From: Eledone cirrhosa
Taxonomy: Eukaryota
Direction: 5' to 3'
Assembly (NCBI GenBank): GCA_964016885.1
Contig: OZ024753.1
Location: 33,108,001 to 33,172,000, forward strand
DNA: 64,000 nt
Under the pieces are notes generated by a model that worked only from the letters and a program-made list of their open reading frames with translations, was not told the origin of the DNA and did not search any database. Numbering within the stretch: the stretch's first letter is position 1; every line of letters starts with the position of its first letter. Both the position numbers and the translations under genes were made by a program. Shown piece by piece: positions 40,389 through 52,849 of this stretch.

Positions 40389-41229
40389 ATTTCCATATTT
40401 CTGACAAAATATTATATAAACCCTTTCATCACTATATTTCTAACAAAAGTGTTGAGGGATTTTATATAATATCTAACTTTTTCAAAATTTATCAAGTATT
40501 GTAGCATAACTTAAAAGCTTTTTAACTTAAAATTATAATGAAAGGTTTTAAAATAAACAACTTTTTATTGAGGAACCAAGGGCGTTTATGGGTGTTTTGG
40601 AATCAGAAGCATGAAACATATTTCTTAAATTCCTAACACTGAATACTAAGCCTATTATCAATGCAAACACTCAACAGTTTTTCTTGCTTCCTTAAAGTGC
40701 AAATAATCTTTATTCAACTGGATCCATACATTAAACAACAGCAAATCAATGGTTTGTAAATTTGGCTCTCTTGATAGAAATAGGAATTCCTATGAATTGA
40801 TTTTTTTGTAAGGTATCTTATGTCAGCAAGCAAATAATGATTCTAATTATTTAAAATAGAAAATGCAAACAAATTATACAAAGTAAATCCTGTACATGTT
40901 TCTACTTAGTTTTGGCTCAACACGTAGTGAAGATTAATCACTCTGTTTCCTGTCATTGTAAATTTCTATAAGAAGAATCAGATTTTCTCAGATTTCCTAT
41001 TGAGTTTTGCTGTTAGATTTGAACAGAATGTAGGAAAATTATAGGAAGTCTTGTCTTTGTACAATATGATACAATTGTGAATACATCATGTCACATTGAG
41101 TATTTATATATATGTAGCCAATGCAGCTGCTATCATTGCCAAAAACATTATAATCGTGTTTATGTCTATTTTTCTATCTTCCACAAATTATACAGGTCCT
41201 CTCCAAAACAACATCTCTACACCAGTTTG

Positions 41230-41745
41230 TTTATTCTGTAATCTCCTTTGTAGGAACTAGTTTCTTGAGATCAACTTTCATCCCCTATGCCCACATTCTT
41301 GATCATTCTCTTTCTTCCACTAAGAGCTCCTGACACTTTTTCACAAAACTGTCATCATCCATATGCATTATATGTCCATACCAATGCAGCCTTCTGTCAT
41401 CCAGCCCTCTCATGTAGACTACACCTGGATACTCATATGCCCAACTTCTGAGCTCATTCATGCCCACTAACATTACACATCCAATGGTGCATACTGAATT
41501 GGTTTTACGTGAGTCTTCACACACACTACCTATGTCTCATTGTCATGTAGCATCACATGTCTCACATGGATGTCATACAATCTGCCCTTCACTCAGAGAG
41601 AGAATCCTATTGTTGTCAACAGAGGTCTCAGACCCCTGAAAACTTCCCACTCTGTTCTTATTCTAACAACTATACTCTCACAACACCAACCTCTGCTGGT
41701 AGTTAAGTCAACAAGTTAATAGAAGTTAACCATTTCTATGGACAT
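41230..41745 (-). mobile_element. Decayed RTE LINE ORF fragment
   Basis: Minus strand VRIRTEWEVFRGLRPLL..GFSL*VKGRLYD..VMLHDNET and RRLHWYGHIMHMDDDSFVKKC align with ORF 32131-32748. Confidence 0.85.
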
Positions 41746-42789
41746 TTCCTGAATATGTGTATATTGATGTTGTTTAAGAAGATTATCAATAAAGTATTTC
41801 AAAGGAAGAAAACTCTTCTTGTGAAGCTAAATGTTTTCTCAGAGGTCAAATAAATACATAATTCAGAAAACTTTTGTCACAAGTACTGAGGAAATAGAGG
41901 TGATCTCAAATAGATAAGGAAGAAAAGTGTATTTCTAAAGAGTAACAACTGAGAAAAAATATTGGTGTGTTTACTGGTGCAGAATGGACATAGTAATCTT
42001 TGCTTTAGTTAGATTTATTGTAAAGACCCATCGTCAAGGTAACGAATGAAACACGTGGGAAATTTATTTATTTATTTGCTGTACCATTGAGGACATATAT
42101 TTCTTATACATTATAGTAAAAAAAGCTGCTAAAAGAATGTTTCTAACCATTCTGAGCAGCAAAATAAACACAATGGTGTTTGTCCATGCTTGCTGTCTTT
42201 CCTGTAGTAGTAAAATAATAAACAGCTAAATAAGAATAACTTAATTTTATCTGATTATCTTTTCAGTCATTTGATCCCCTTTGGAAATAATACAAGATTT
42301 TTAATTGAAATCATTTCTCATAAAGGAAATCAGTAGATAAGAAACCAATACAGAAATGAAGTCAATAAACAGTAAATAAATATATAAGTATATAACAGAC
42401 TAGAAAAAAAAAAGTAATGGTTAAAACTAAATATCATCATCATCATCTTAATATATTAAAGAAAATATAAATATATACACAAGTATATAAACAGACAGTT
42501 AAATTATTTGAAATTTTGCATAGACATTGCACAAATAATTGATAAATATTCATTCTTAGTTTAATGTGCATCACAAGCATTCATTACATATTTAGATTTT
42601 TGAGAGATAATGAAAATACGAACATTTAAAAAGAATTTAATCTAAAGAACTATGCAAGCTCAATTATTATTAAGTTCTAATTTATTAGAATATTCTATAA
42701 TTGTAGTTTAAATAAATATAATTACTTTAGTTCTAATTATGTACTATAAATATTATTTTTTATCCATTTTACTGGCTTTAGACATTAGA

Positions 42790-42930
42790 CCAGACATCGG
42801 CAACCCTTTTCGAGCAATGGGCCCTATGGGCTCATCATAAAGTGGGCTGTACTATTAAAAAGTTCAGAGTCATTGTGAAATTAGGCATGCCATTCAGAAA
42901 GCCAAGTGGGCTGCAGTTTTCCCATAACTG
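42790..42930. mobile_element. Decayed hAT/Charlie-like MITE
   Basis: CAGACATCGGCAAC..GTGGGCTGCAGTTTTCCCATAACTG termini. Confidence 0.45.
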
Positions 42931-43096
42931 TATTAAACTGTGGCTATTGAGGAGTACTGCTGTGAAAGGATTTACTCAATCATTCAGTTACCAGTAATTG
43001 TTTTATCAAGTCTGATACTTATTTTATTGTTCTCTATTTGCCAAACATGGCCTGATGCACAAATATGAATGTTTAACGTCCACTTTCCCTACTAGC

Positions 43097-43129
<33 letters not shown>

Positions 43130-43212
43130 GGGGGGCGGGGGGGGGGAGAGATAGGAGGGAGAGATGGGGGAGAGAGAGAGAGATAGGGTAGAGAGAGGGT
43201 GAGAGAAGAGAT

Positions 43213-43246
<34 letters not shown>

Positions 43247-43698
43247 GGGGAACAAAAGAGAGATTTTCTATGCTTGCATGGTTAAGATGGTTTGTCTCAT
43301 TCTGAGATTGCACCAGCCAGGTGGCCATGTCTTCCTCATATGTTCTATTTGTGGTTTGGGTTCTATAGCTGGATTCTAATCCTAATGCCAATCACTTTAC
43401 AGCATGTACTGGAGCAAGTATTTGTTTATGCCTAGATGCCCTTCCTAAATACCAACCACTTAAAAATATGCACTGGGAGCATTTTATTGTGACTGGCATT
43501 ACACCCTTACTAGAGCGGTGTTGATAGGAGTGGCAGGAACATCATACTGCAGTGCCAGAAGAAGCATTAGATCATGGAGGTGGCCTTAAAGAAAGTGAAT
43601 TATATTTAGCAATATATTGTGTCAATATTGGAAAAATATATAGTTATCGTCATCATTTAATATCCATTTTTCCTGCTAGCAATATCTATCTTTATTAT

Positions 43699-43876
43699 GG
43701 ATTGGCAGTATCGGTAGAGATTCGAACGCCATGCTTTGCAGCAAAGAGTTACGGCCCTTTATGGTCCGAGTTCAAATCCCGCCGAGGTTAACTTTGCCTT
43801 TCATCCTTATGGGGTCGATAAAATAAAGTACCAGTAATAATTGCTGGCCTTGTGCCAAAAGTAGAAACAATTATTT
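43699..43876 (+). mobile_element. SINE S1, same subfamily as 61601-62002
   Basis: Consensus match with the GCTTTGCAGCAAAGAGTTACGG variant. Confidence 0.9.
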
Positions 43877-43989
43877 ATCATAATGTGTGATCAATAAAAT
43901 CCACATATGTTTATTAGTGGATGTTATAGAAATCTAGCTCATAATTATGCATTTACCTAATTAATTAAGGTTGTGGGTGCAGAATCCAA

Positions 43990-44188
43990 ACTCACTATCT
44001 TCAATTTAGTATTTGTGCCAATCGTTACCTATGGTCATGAATCTTGGTTAAGGACCAAAAAAATACAATCATGAACACAAGCGGCTGAAATGGAATCTGA
44101 AGGGTCTTTGAAGTAACATTACTTAATAAAGTGTGTAGCTCAGAGATCAGAGAGCAACTCCAGGTAGAGCCACTACTACTCTGAATTC
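43990..44188 (+). mobile_element. Decayed RTE (Expander/Rex3-like) fragment
   Basis: LTIFNLVFVPIVTYGHESW..TQAAEM and VTLLNKVCSSEIREQLQVEPLLL. Confidence 0.75.
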
Positions 44189-46779
44189 AGACCATATTTT
44201 TGTCAGATTTTTAGTTCAATTACTAAATCAGTTGATATGAATGTTGGTTCTATATAAAGCTTGTCATTGTCTTCTTTTTTTTTTTTTTTTTGAGAATCTT
44301 CTTTATCTTTATTTATCACTTTTTTTTATGGAGTATTCTTGTCAAATCTGGACCAGTACTTCAGCTGATGCTCTTTCTCTCCTTGTTCTAATTCAAAAGC
44401 AAGTTTCTAGCATGGTTGGTCCTGGTTTGGCAGCTAAACTACTTCAGACCCTCTCTCATCTCCAGTACATTGCTTCTTTAGTCTTATTCCATAAATAGTT
44501 CTATAATCAGTTCAGTCTGCCAAACATTCTTCAGTTGTTCCTCCTTTTAAATGGCACCTATTTCTACCAATTACCATTTGTTCACAGTAGCTGTCCTCTC
44601 TTAATAAAAACTTCTCTTCTAGTTTCTTTTTTCAAACATCTGTCTTATGGAACTATATTACTTTTTGTTTCCCTGATGATTATAATTTTAATTCTATTAT
44701 ATCTTCTGTCAATCGTGTTCTGATTTAAGAACAGCAGCATATCACTAAAGTTCCTTTTTTTCATTTCTTTTATAACTTCTAACAAATTAACTAGTTTCAT
44801 TGAAATGAAAAATACTATACTGTTGGTTACTTGCTGCTTTGTTGAGAATAACTTAGAATTTTTTTTTTTAAATGACTCACACGAAGATGGTAAATGTTTT
44901 ATTAAATCATGGCAGATGGAGCTTATTGGTAGCATTTTACTGACAAATTAATTTAAAATTCATTAATTTTTAGATGCATAATAAGAGGGCATCAGATGTT
45001 TAATATGGACGTATCTAAATAGCATGTGTATATGGTTACAATTTAATTTCATTTAATATTGTCAACTAATTGCCAATTTAGTGATATTACTTTTTAACCT
45101 TTTGATAACAACCAGCCCAAAACAACATGTTTTATGAAAAATAAATGCCCATTTCGAAGGTCTTCGATTTAAATTAAAACCATCATCAATATTTTATATA
45201 AGAACCTTTAGTAATGTTTACAAATACCATCCTAATAATGAAATAATATTTATAAACCCTTTCAAATTCTTCATTAATTAATTAAAATAGAGATTTCATT
45301 AGAAATATGGTCATACAAGTGTAAAGCATGGTGACAGAATTGTTATCTTAGATAGGGGTAATTTGGTAGAATCAATCACTAGCGTATTGTATATAATGTT
45401 TTACAATATTTTTTCTTGTTCCTTGTACTATGAGTTCAAATCATATTTCACAATCATGCAATTCTGGATTTGATTCCAATGTATGACATCTTAAAGCAGT
45501 GTCTTTTATCATAGCCTTAAGTTAACCTAAGCTTTGGAAGTGAAATTGGATAGACAGATGGACTGTCAATCTTAATGTGTCAATCTGAATCATCATCATC
45601 ACCATTTTATCTCTATTATTTTCCAAGCTTGCATGGGTTGGACAGGAAAGGATATGAATGAGAAGAAAGACAAAGGAATGTATGCTAGAGGGGAGAGGGA
45701 GGTTAGATGAAGAGGTAGGTAGATAAAAGGGGTCATATTTGGTAGGGGGATGGAGACATAGCAGAAAGATGGGGGCATAAATATTGTTACACAATTCTGA
45801 TTTTATCACCATCTTCTTCATTCTCGAATCTCCCTGAGAATTATCCTAAAGTGTAACATGTCAGTAGAATACTTAATTCTTTGTGAGTTTAATGAATAGG
45901 CCATTCTGTTGATTGAACAAATGGAACACACAACTTAGAAACCAATAGAGGTCTATTTATTTGTCACATTAGTTATGAATAGATTTATTGAACTTGTTAA
46001 ATGTCTGAATTTTTGTTACGACACTTGCAACATATTACACTTACAGGAGGAACATTTTAATTTTGTATTTATCTGTTTACAATATTTTCATTGCAGCTGG
46101 AATCATTTCGTGTTATTATTCAAGTCATTTTGATATATTTATCAAATTATTATATTTACTTTGTTTCCAATTTCTGGAGTTCTTTGAGATTTAGTTGTAA
46201 ATATCTCTCTGTAGCCAGACACATTGTTATTTCACAGGTTGTTAGAGCATTGGGTTAAATGTTCTAAGGTATTACTTCTAGTTACCTGAACTCTAAGTTC
46301 AGATCCTGCTGAGGTCAACTTTCCTTTTCATCATTTCAGGGTTGATACATAAATTACTAGACCAGGGCAATGGATTTGTAGAATCATTAGAGCACTAGAT
46401 GTGATACCTTGTTGTATCACATCCAGCTTTTTATGTTCTGAGATTAAACTCCACCTAGGGATTCAAACCCCCAGCGATGGCCAGAGGTAATCAGCCAGCA
46501 ATCGAACCACAATTGATTAAGAAAGATGCAATAGGTGAAAGAAGATTGTGATTGTCTACTACTGTAGTCGAGCAATAGTGAGTTACCTTGTAGGAATGAT
46601 ATTAACGGTTTTGTTTATTATGTTTATTTAACTACATTTGCCTTAAATATAAAAAAGACCCCTTTCAGTCATGAAGGGCCATGGGTGTTGTACCTAGAAA
46701 GCTATTTTTATTTATATTGTTCTACCAATCAGAAAAGGTTTAGTATTTGAAATATACACAAATGAAAGTCATCAATCCT

Positions 46780-47190
46780 ATTACACACACACGCGTGTGT
46801 GTGCGTGCGTGCGAGCGTGCGTGCGTGCGAGCGTGCGTGCGTGCGTGTGTATACAGGGTGTCCCCAAAATGTTACACACTTTGATTACCAGTAAAGACAA
46901 TATTAAATAGAATGCTATTGAAGTGTGTATACCTGTTTTAGGACACCCTATGTATATATCCATAAATGTATATAGATATATATGTGTGTGTGTGTGCGTA
47001 TGTGCGTGTGTGTGTGTGCGTATGTGTGCGTGCGTGTGCGTGTATGTGTCCGTGTGTGTGCGTATGTGCGTGTGTGTGCGTGTATGTGTCAGTGTGTGTG
47101 TGCATGTGCGTGTGTGTGTGTGTATATCTACATACATTTATATGTGTATATATATGTGTGTGTGTGTATGTGCATGTGTGTGCGTGTGTT
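46780..47190. repeat. (GT)/(GCGT) compound microsatellite
   Basis: Direct reading. Confidence 0.95.
46854..46950. mobile_element. Tc1/mariner-type MITE
   Basis: TA-CAGGGTGTCC..GGACACCCT termini; homologous to 11212-11298. Confidence 0.75.
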
Positions 47191-47395
47191 GGTATTCATC
47201 ATTGTTGTTATGTTCTATGGCTACATACACCTAGTCAATGTATTATTCATTTCTCACATCTTCAAGTGCTTTGGGACTGTCTCAATTTGACTGGTTTCTG
47301 TCCTATTGTGGCTTCAGCTTTGACGTATAACTTAATATTATATGTGTGCCTCTGTGTGTGTGTGTGTATATATATATCATTATTTTACATACATA

Positions 47396-47586
47396 GGGCG
47401 GTGGATTGGCAGTATCGGTAGAGAGTCAGACGCCATGCTTTCCAGCATAGTTACGTTCCTTTACGGTCTGAGTTCAAATCCCGCCGAGGTTAACTTTGCC
47501 TTTCATCCTTACGGGGTCGATAAAATAAAGTACCAGTAATGCACTGGGTAATTGCTGGCCTTGTGCCTAAAGTAGAAACAATTATT
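47396..47586 (+). mobile_element. Full-length SINE S1 with 16-bp TSD
   Basis: ATTATTTTACATACAT at 47379-47394 and 47581-47596. Confidence 0.93.
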
Positions 47587-47948
47587 TTACATACATTGTG
47601 TGTGTGAGTGTATACAAGTGGTGTGGAAGTTCACATGTATATTCATAGATGACAATCTGACAGGTAAGATATATACTGCCTTTTTATTTTATTTCAGACA
47701 TACACATGTACAAGTAGACTGTCCAACACTTTCTAGCAGGGAAAACTGATAAATATTTTCCTTATTGTAACATATTGAAAGTTGCTTATTATTTACGATG
47801 TTACTCTTTTATTGCTATAGATATTTTATTGCAGTATTGCTGATACAGAATGCATGCGCACATATATACACACACATTTATATAAATACACACAGACATA
47901 CACACACACAAAGAAATATACACATATGCACACATGTAAATGTCTTTA

Positions 47949-48185
47949 TAGGGTGTTCAACCTAAATTTGACATTTTTTTAAAGGGAAAAAGCTGAATAT
48001 CTCAGCCAAATATAAATTTATTGGAAAAAATGGAAAGTGGCATAAAGATTAAAACAATCAAAAGAGAAAATTCACTCAATGAAGCCAACACCAGCATCCA
48101 CCATGGCCTCAATCCAGCTCCAGAATCCGGTATATGCAACCTTTATGATATCCTTAGGGAGAGCCTTAAATGCTAGCATCGGTTG
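47949..48185 (-). mobile_element. Tc1/mariner (DD37D/maT-like) transposon, 3' remnant
   Basis: Minus strand LAFKALPKDIIKVAYTGFWSWIEAMVDAGVGFIE* resembles the transposase C-terminus (..AC..F..R.EAVV.A.GG.IE*); AGGGTG terminal-repeat-like end. Confidence 0.7.
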
Positions 48186-49280
48186 AACAAATTGGTGCAG
48201 ACCAAATTAATACATAAACCGATATACGTCCTGCTTATATACATTACAATTTTGGCATAGTTTTTATAGCTGGGTGTCCTCCCTAAAGCTAATGCCATTT
48301 ACAGAGTGTTCTGAAGAGGTTTCACTTTGACACCAGCACCATGAAAGTTATGAAGTTCTCTCATGCTAACTATTTTACAGATTGAATTGAATGTATTTTA
48401 TCATAGTGCCAGCACTAGAGAGATTTTTATGCCTGTGACTATATATATATATATATATATAGGAAAAAGTATGACCCCGACGGCAGAGCTCAAGCCGTTT
48501 CTGGACTAAATTAGAATTTTAAGCCTGGTGAATAAATAGCCGAACTTGTCAAGGGGGTACTTCCTTATATGGGAAGATTGTAGTTGTCAAGAGGATTGGT
48601 TAAAATTTGTTGTAAACACAAATAAGTCTATCATGGCATCTGGTGGGAGGTAGGGGTGGCTGAACTTGCCTGTAGACTGAGCGGTCAAGTGTTGAAAGTG
48701 ATATGTATACAGCATATTCTAAGGGTAGTGTATGAAGTGGAGGAGGGAGGTTATAGAATAGGTAAATCGAATGAGAATAAGAGACAATAAAAGATAATAG
48801 AAAGAAATTAAAAAAATATATAAAATTAGATAGTGAGAAATGAATAAAAAAAAAAAAAATCACAATTCTATCTTACAATTACAGGTTAATAAGTTGAGAA
48901 TAGAAACAACTTGTAAAAATTGAGTAGTAACAAAACTGATACAAAATTAAAGGGGTTTAACACATCTGCTATAAGTAGTTAGTAAAACGTATTCAATCTT
49001 AAAATTACAGGGGTGGGGGAACTGATGCTACAGGGGCCCGATGGGATGCATCGGGGTAGGTGAAAGGGGAAAGCAGACGAGGAAGAAAATAGGAGGTAGA
49101 AGGAAGTGATACGATGAGACAGGGGGAAGAAGAAGACAAAGAGGAAAATAAAAGAGATACATCTACCGATGTAAGCTGGGGTTTCCCCTAACTTATTCGG
49201 CAAGTTGGGGGGGGGGGGGGGTATCAGCCCTTGTCTACCCACCCGGGTCGTTATGGGATTTGAGGGCATTATGGGGTTTC

Positions 49281-50120
49281 CGCTCTAACCATCCTAGAAA
49301 CATCACCAATAACCTGGTTAAAAACATCTCCCTCCGCATATCTCGTTTGTTCGCTAATGAGCAGATATTCGATGAACACGCGCCTCATTACAACCAGCCC
49401 CTCAAGCGGAGTGGCATCCGGGAGGAAATATCCTTTTATCCAGCTTTCCTTAGCGGAACCAGCAGGCGAAACCGCCGCTCACGCAACGTAACGTGGTTCA
49501 ATCCTCCCCATAATGCCGAGGTGGCAACACCTATCGGTAAAATCTTCTTTAGACTCCTCGAAAAACACTTCCCACTACAACAACATATTCAACAAAAACA
49601 CCATTAAACTCTCCTACAGCACCACACCTAACTTCGCACAAAAGATCGTCTCCTCAAACAACAAAAAACTCAACCCCTATGGATGAAATAACCTAGACAT
49701 CAGTGGAGAGCCGACCAGGAGGTGTAACTGCTCTGATAGATCTACGTGCCCCCTCAACAACAAATGCCGAGAACGTAACGTGATCTACCAGTGCAATGTG
49801 AGGACGGACACCTCCAACAAAGCATACTTTCCGAAACCCGGGCCATATCTGGGACCTCCAAGATAATAATATAACCTACAATCTCACTTGGAGCTTACTG
49901 TCCAGAGCTAATTCTTACACGGGAGAATGCTGTCTGTGTAACTTATGCTCGGAGGAAACATTACAAATGTTGTTTTCGAAGGACCAACTCCTAAACAAGG
50001 AAGACGAACTAGTAACCGCATGCAAACACAGATTGCGTAGGACTTACCTCGCCTCAAACCCCATAACGACCCAGGTGGGTAGACAAGGGCTGATACTCCC
50101 CCCACTTGCCGAATAAGTTA
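49281..50120 (+). pseudogene. Frameshifted Penelope-like RT thumb, Cys-rich linker and GIY-YIG endonuclease remnant
   Basis: SNHPRNI..NISLRIS; VTWFNPP..IGKIFFRLLEKHFP; FNKNTIKLSYS; CNCSDRSTCPLNNKC..VIYQC; LLNKEDELVTACKH; the YIG and central part appear deleted. Confidence 0.88.
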
Positions 50121-50740
50121 GGGGAAACCCCAGCTTACATAGGTAGATGTATCTCTTTTATTTTCCTCTTTGTCTTCTTCTTCCCCCATGTCATCGTATC
50201 ACTTTCTTCTACCCCCTATTTTCTTCCTCGTCTGCTTTCCCCTTTCGCCTACCCCGATGCAGCCTCTGTAGCATCAGTTCCCCCACCCCTGTAATTTTAA
50301 GACAGAATTGGCCGAATACGTTTTACTAACCACTTATAGCAGATATGTTAAACCCCTTTAATTTTGTATCAGTTTTGTTACTATTCAATTTCTACAATTT
50401 TTTTTCTATTCTCAACTTATTAACCTGTAATTGTAAGATAAGCATTGTGATTTTTTTTATTCATTTCTCACTAATTTTATATATTTTTTTATTTCTTTCT
50501 ATTATCTTTTATTGTCTCCCACTCTCATTCGATTTACCTATTCTATAACCACCCTCTTCCACTTCATACACTACCCTTAGAATCTGCTGCATACATATCA
50601 CTTTCAACATTTGACCGCTCATTCTACAGGCAAGTTCAGCCACTCCTACCTCCCACCAAATGCCATGATAGACTTATTTGTGTTTACAACAAATTTTAAC
50701 CAATCCTCTTGACAACTACAATCTTCCCATATAAGGAAGT

Positions 50741-50826
50741 ACCCCCTTGACAAGTTCGGCTATTTATTCACTAGGCTTAAAATTCTAATTTTGTCCAGAA
50801 ACGGCTTGAGCTCTGCCGTCGGGGTC
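50741..50826 (+). ncRNA. Candidate type-I hammerhead with U3-A8 core variant (family A); mirrored on the minus strand at ~48475-48560
   Basis: ACCCC-c-TTGACAA-(long imperfect stem II)-GAAA-CGGC-ttgagctct-GCCG-TC-GGGGT; stems I and III pair perfectly. Confidence 0.6.
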
Positions 50827-51789
50827 ATACGTTTTCCTATTTCCCACTCTACTACCCTAAGTATTGAGTACTCTGGTACGTTATGGTCCATCTGATTCCT
50901 TACCACAATTCCTTTGTTATACATATATTATATATATATATATATATATAGTAAGTGAGAGATAAACCCACACTACATCTCCCCATACATTGAGTACTCC
51001 CATGATTCGTGATCTCAACACTGCGGACTCTCTCTCTAAATATATATATATATATATGTATGTGTGGTGTGTGTGTGTGTGTGTGTGTGTGTACACGCAT
51101 GCATGTGTGCGCTTGTGTATGTACGCATGCGTGTATGTATGTATGTACGCTGAATATAAAATATATATATATATATATATATATATCTTCTTGCCATTTT
51201 TAGCCATTCTTCAATATGATTCTCTGAATTGACAAGTCAGTGTACTTTCTTGAAGATATAATAATATAAAATTAAACATACATTTCAGGAAAGCTTATCT
51301 TGTTTCTTGATAAAAAAAATCTATTTCCATTTAACTAATTAATTCAATCAAGGTTATAATTCAGAATTATTATAATACAAAAAAATATAAGTGAACACAT
51401 AAAATCTATTGATTTATTTCATTTTAGATTAATTTTTTCTTCAAATCTTTTCCAGAATAATTCTTCTGTGAAGACACAAAAAAAAAAATATACAGATACT
51501 GTTTCATACACACACTGACACTCCGAAATATATATACATACACACTCACACACACACTAAAAGATTACACACATATGCACACTCACTAAGATACAATTGC
51601 ATACATACAAATACACACATGCTCAATGTTACGCATACACTAACTTCCCAATACACACACACATTCACTAATATAAACATACACATCCACCAAACCTACC
51701 CATTAAAAACAAAATGAAATACAGTCACTAATACACACACACACACACTTCTACCAGTACTGATTTTACATCCATTATTTGTTATAAAA

Positions 51790-51980
51790 GGGCGGTGGGT
51801 TGGCAGTATCGGTAGAGGGTCGGACGCCATGCTTTCCAGCATAGTTATGTCCCTTTACGATCTGAGTTCAAATCCCGCCGAGGTTGACTTTGCCTTTCAT
51901 CCTTACGGGGTCAATAAAATAAAGTACCAGTAATACACTGGGTTATTGCTGGCCTTGTGCCAAAAGTAGAAACAATTATT
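51790..51980 (+). mobile_element. Full-length SINE S1 with 17-bp TSD
   Basis: ATTATTTGTTATAAAAG at 51774-51790 and 51975-51991. Confidence 0.93.
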
Positions 51981-52849
51981 TGTTATAAAAGCTAATGTGG
52001 ATTATAACATTTCTAAATCTTCTTAGGAATCATTCATGCAAAATGTCTTTCTCTCTCTCATATACATCCTTACACACACATATATATATATATCTACATG
52101 CACACACACATATATAATGTAATTTTCTTTTTGTAGTATATAAATGAACCTTTCCACTGAAGAAAACGACAGCACGGCACCCATATTTTATTCCAAAGTT
52201 CATCCACATAATCTAATTAAGAAACACAATGTGTACATGTATGTATGAGTGTATGCGCATGTGTGTGAGAGAGAGAGAGGGCTGCATGGGTGTGTGTGTG
52301 AGGGACCTCAGTTGATTATGATGAGTGTTTCAGTTGTGTGATCAATGAAATAGCCAGCTCATGAAATTAAAATGAAAGTGGATGAATGAGCATTCCGCAG
52401 ATATGTGTACACTTAACATAGTTCTCAAGAAAATTCAGCAAGAAACACTGTGTGATGAGACTAATCTTTTGGCAGTTGATTCAACAGAATAATATAAAAT
52501 AAAGTATCTTGCTGAAGGACACAAGGGACCACCAAGAGTCAAATATCACCCTATGATCTTTAGCTGAACTCCCTCACAACTAAGCCACAGACATTCACAG
52601 TTTATGTATTTAATAATTCTTTAACTACTCCTTTCAACTGTGTAGACGACAGCAAGGCGCCCATGCACCCATTTCTTGCTCCAAAGTTTATTAACTGAAT
52701 GAAATACAAGACAAACACAGCATAGTACAGAAGAGTAAAAGCATGAAATAGAAATTATGGTGGCAGTGGTAGTCATTGCAGAAATATGCCCGTGTTAACT
52801 GGACCTTGTAACTTAAATATATTGCATAGATCTTCCTTCTATTATATAG

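Larger units (their letters stand above)
48461..50925 (+). mobile_element. Penelope-like (Neptune-type) retroelement, 5'-truncated, with inverted upstream copy of its 3' end
   Basis: Inverted arms 48461-49265 and 50052-50838; coding remnant between them; (TA)n on both sides. Confidence 0.9.

Noticed and set aside
47649-47669. Possible 15-nt microexon AG|ATGACAATCTGACAG|GTAAGA
   Set aside because: Poor polypyrimidine tract; expected by chance in 64 kb
48461-50838. DNA transposon or LTR element interpretation of the long terminal repeats
   Set aside because: The repeats are inverted and asymmetric, overlap the ORF 3' end, and enclose Penelope-type RT/GIY-YIG motifs rather than a transposase or integrase
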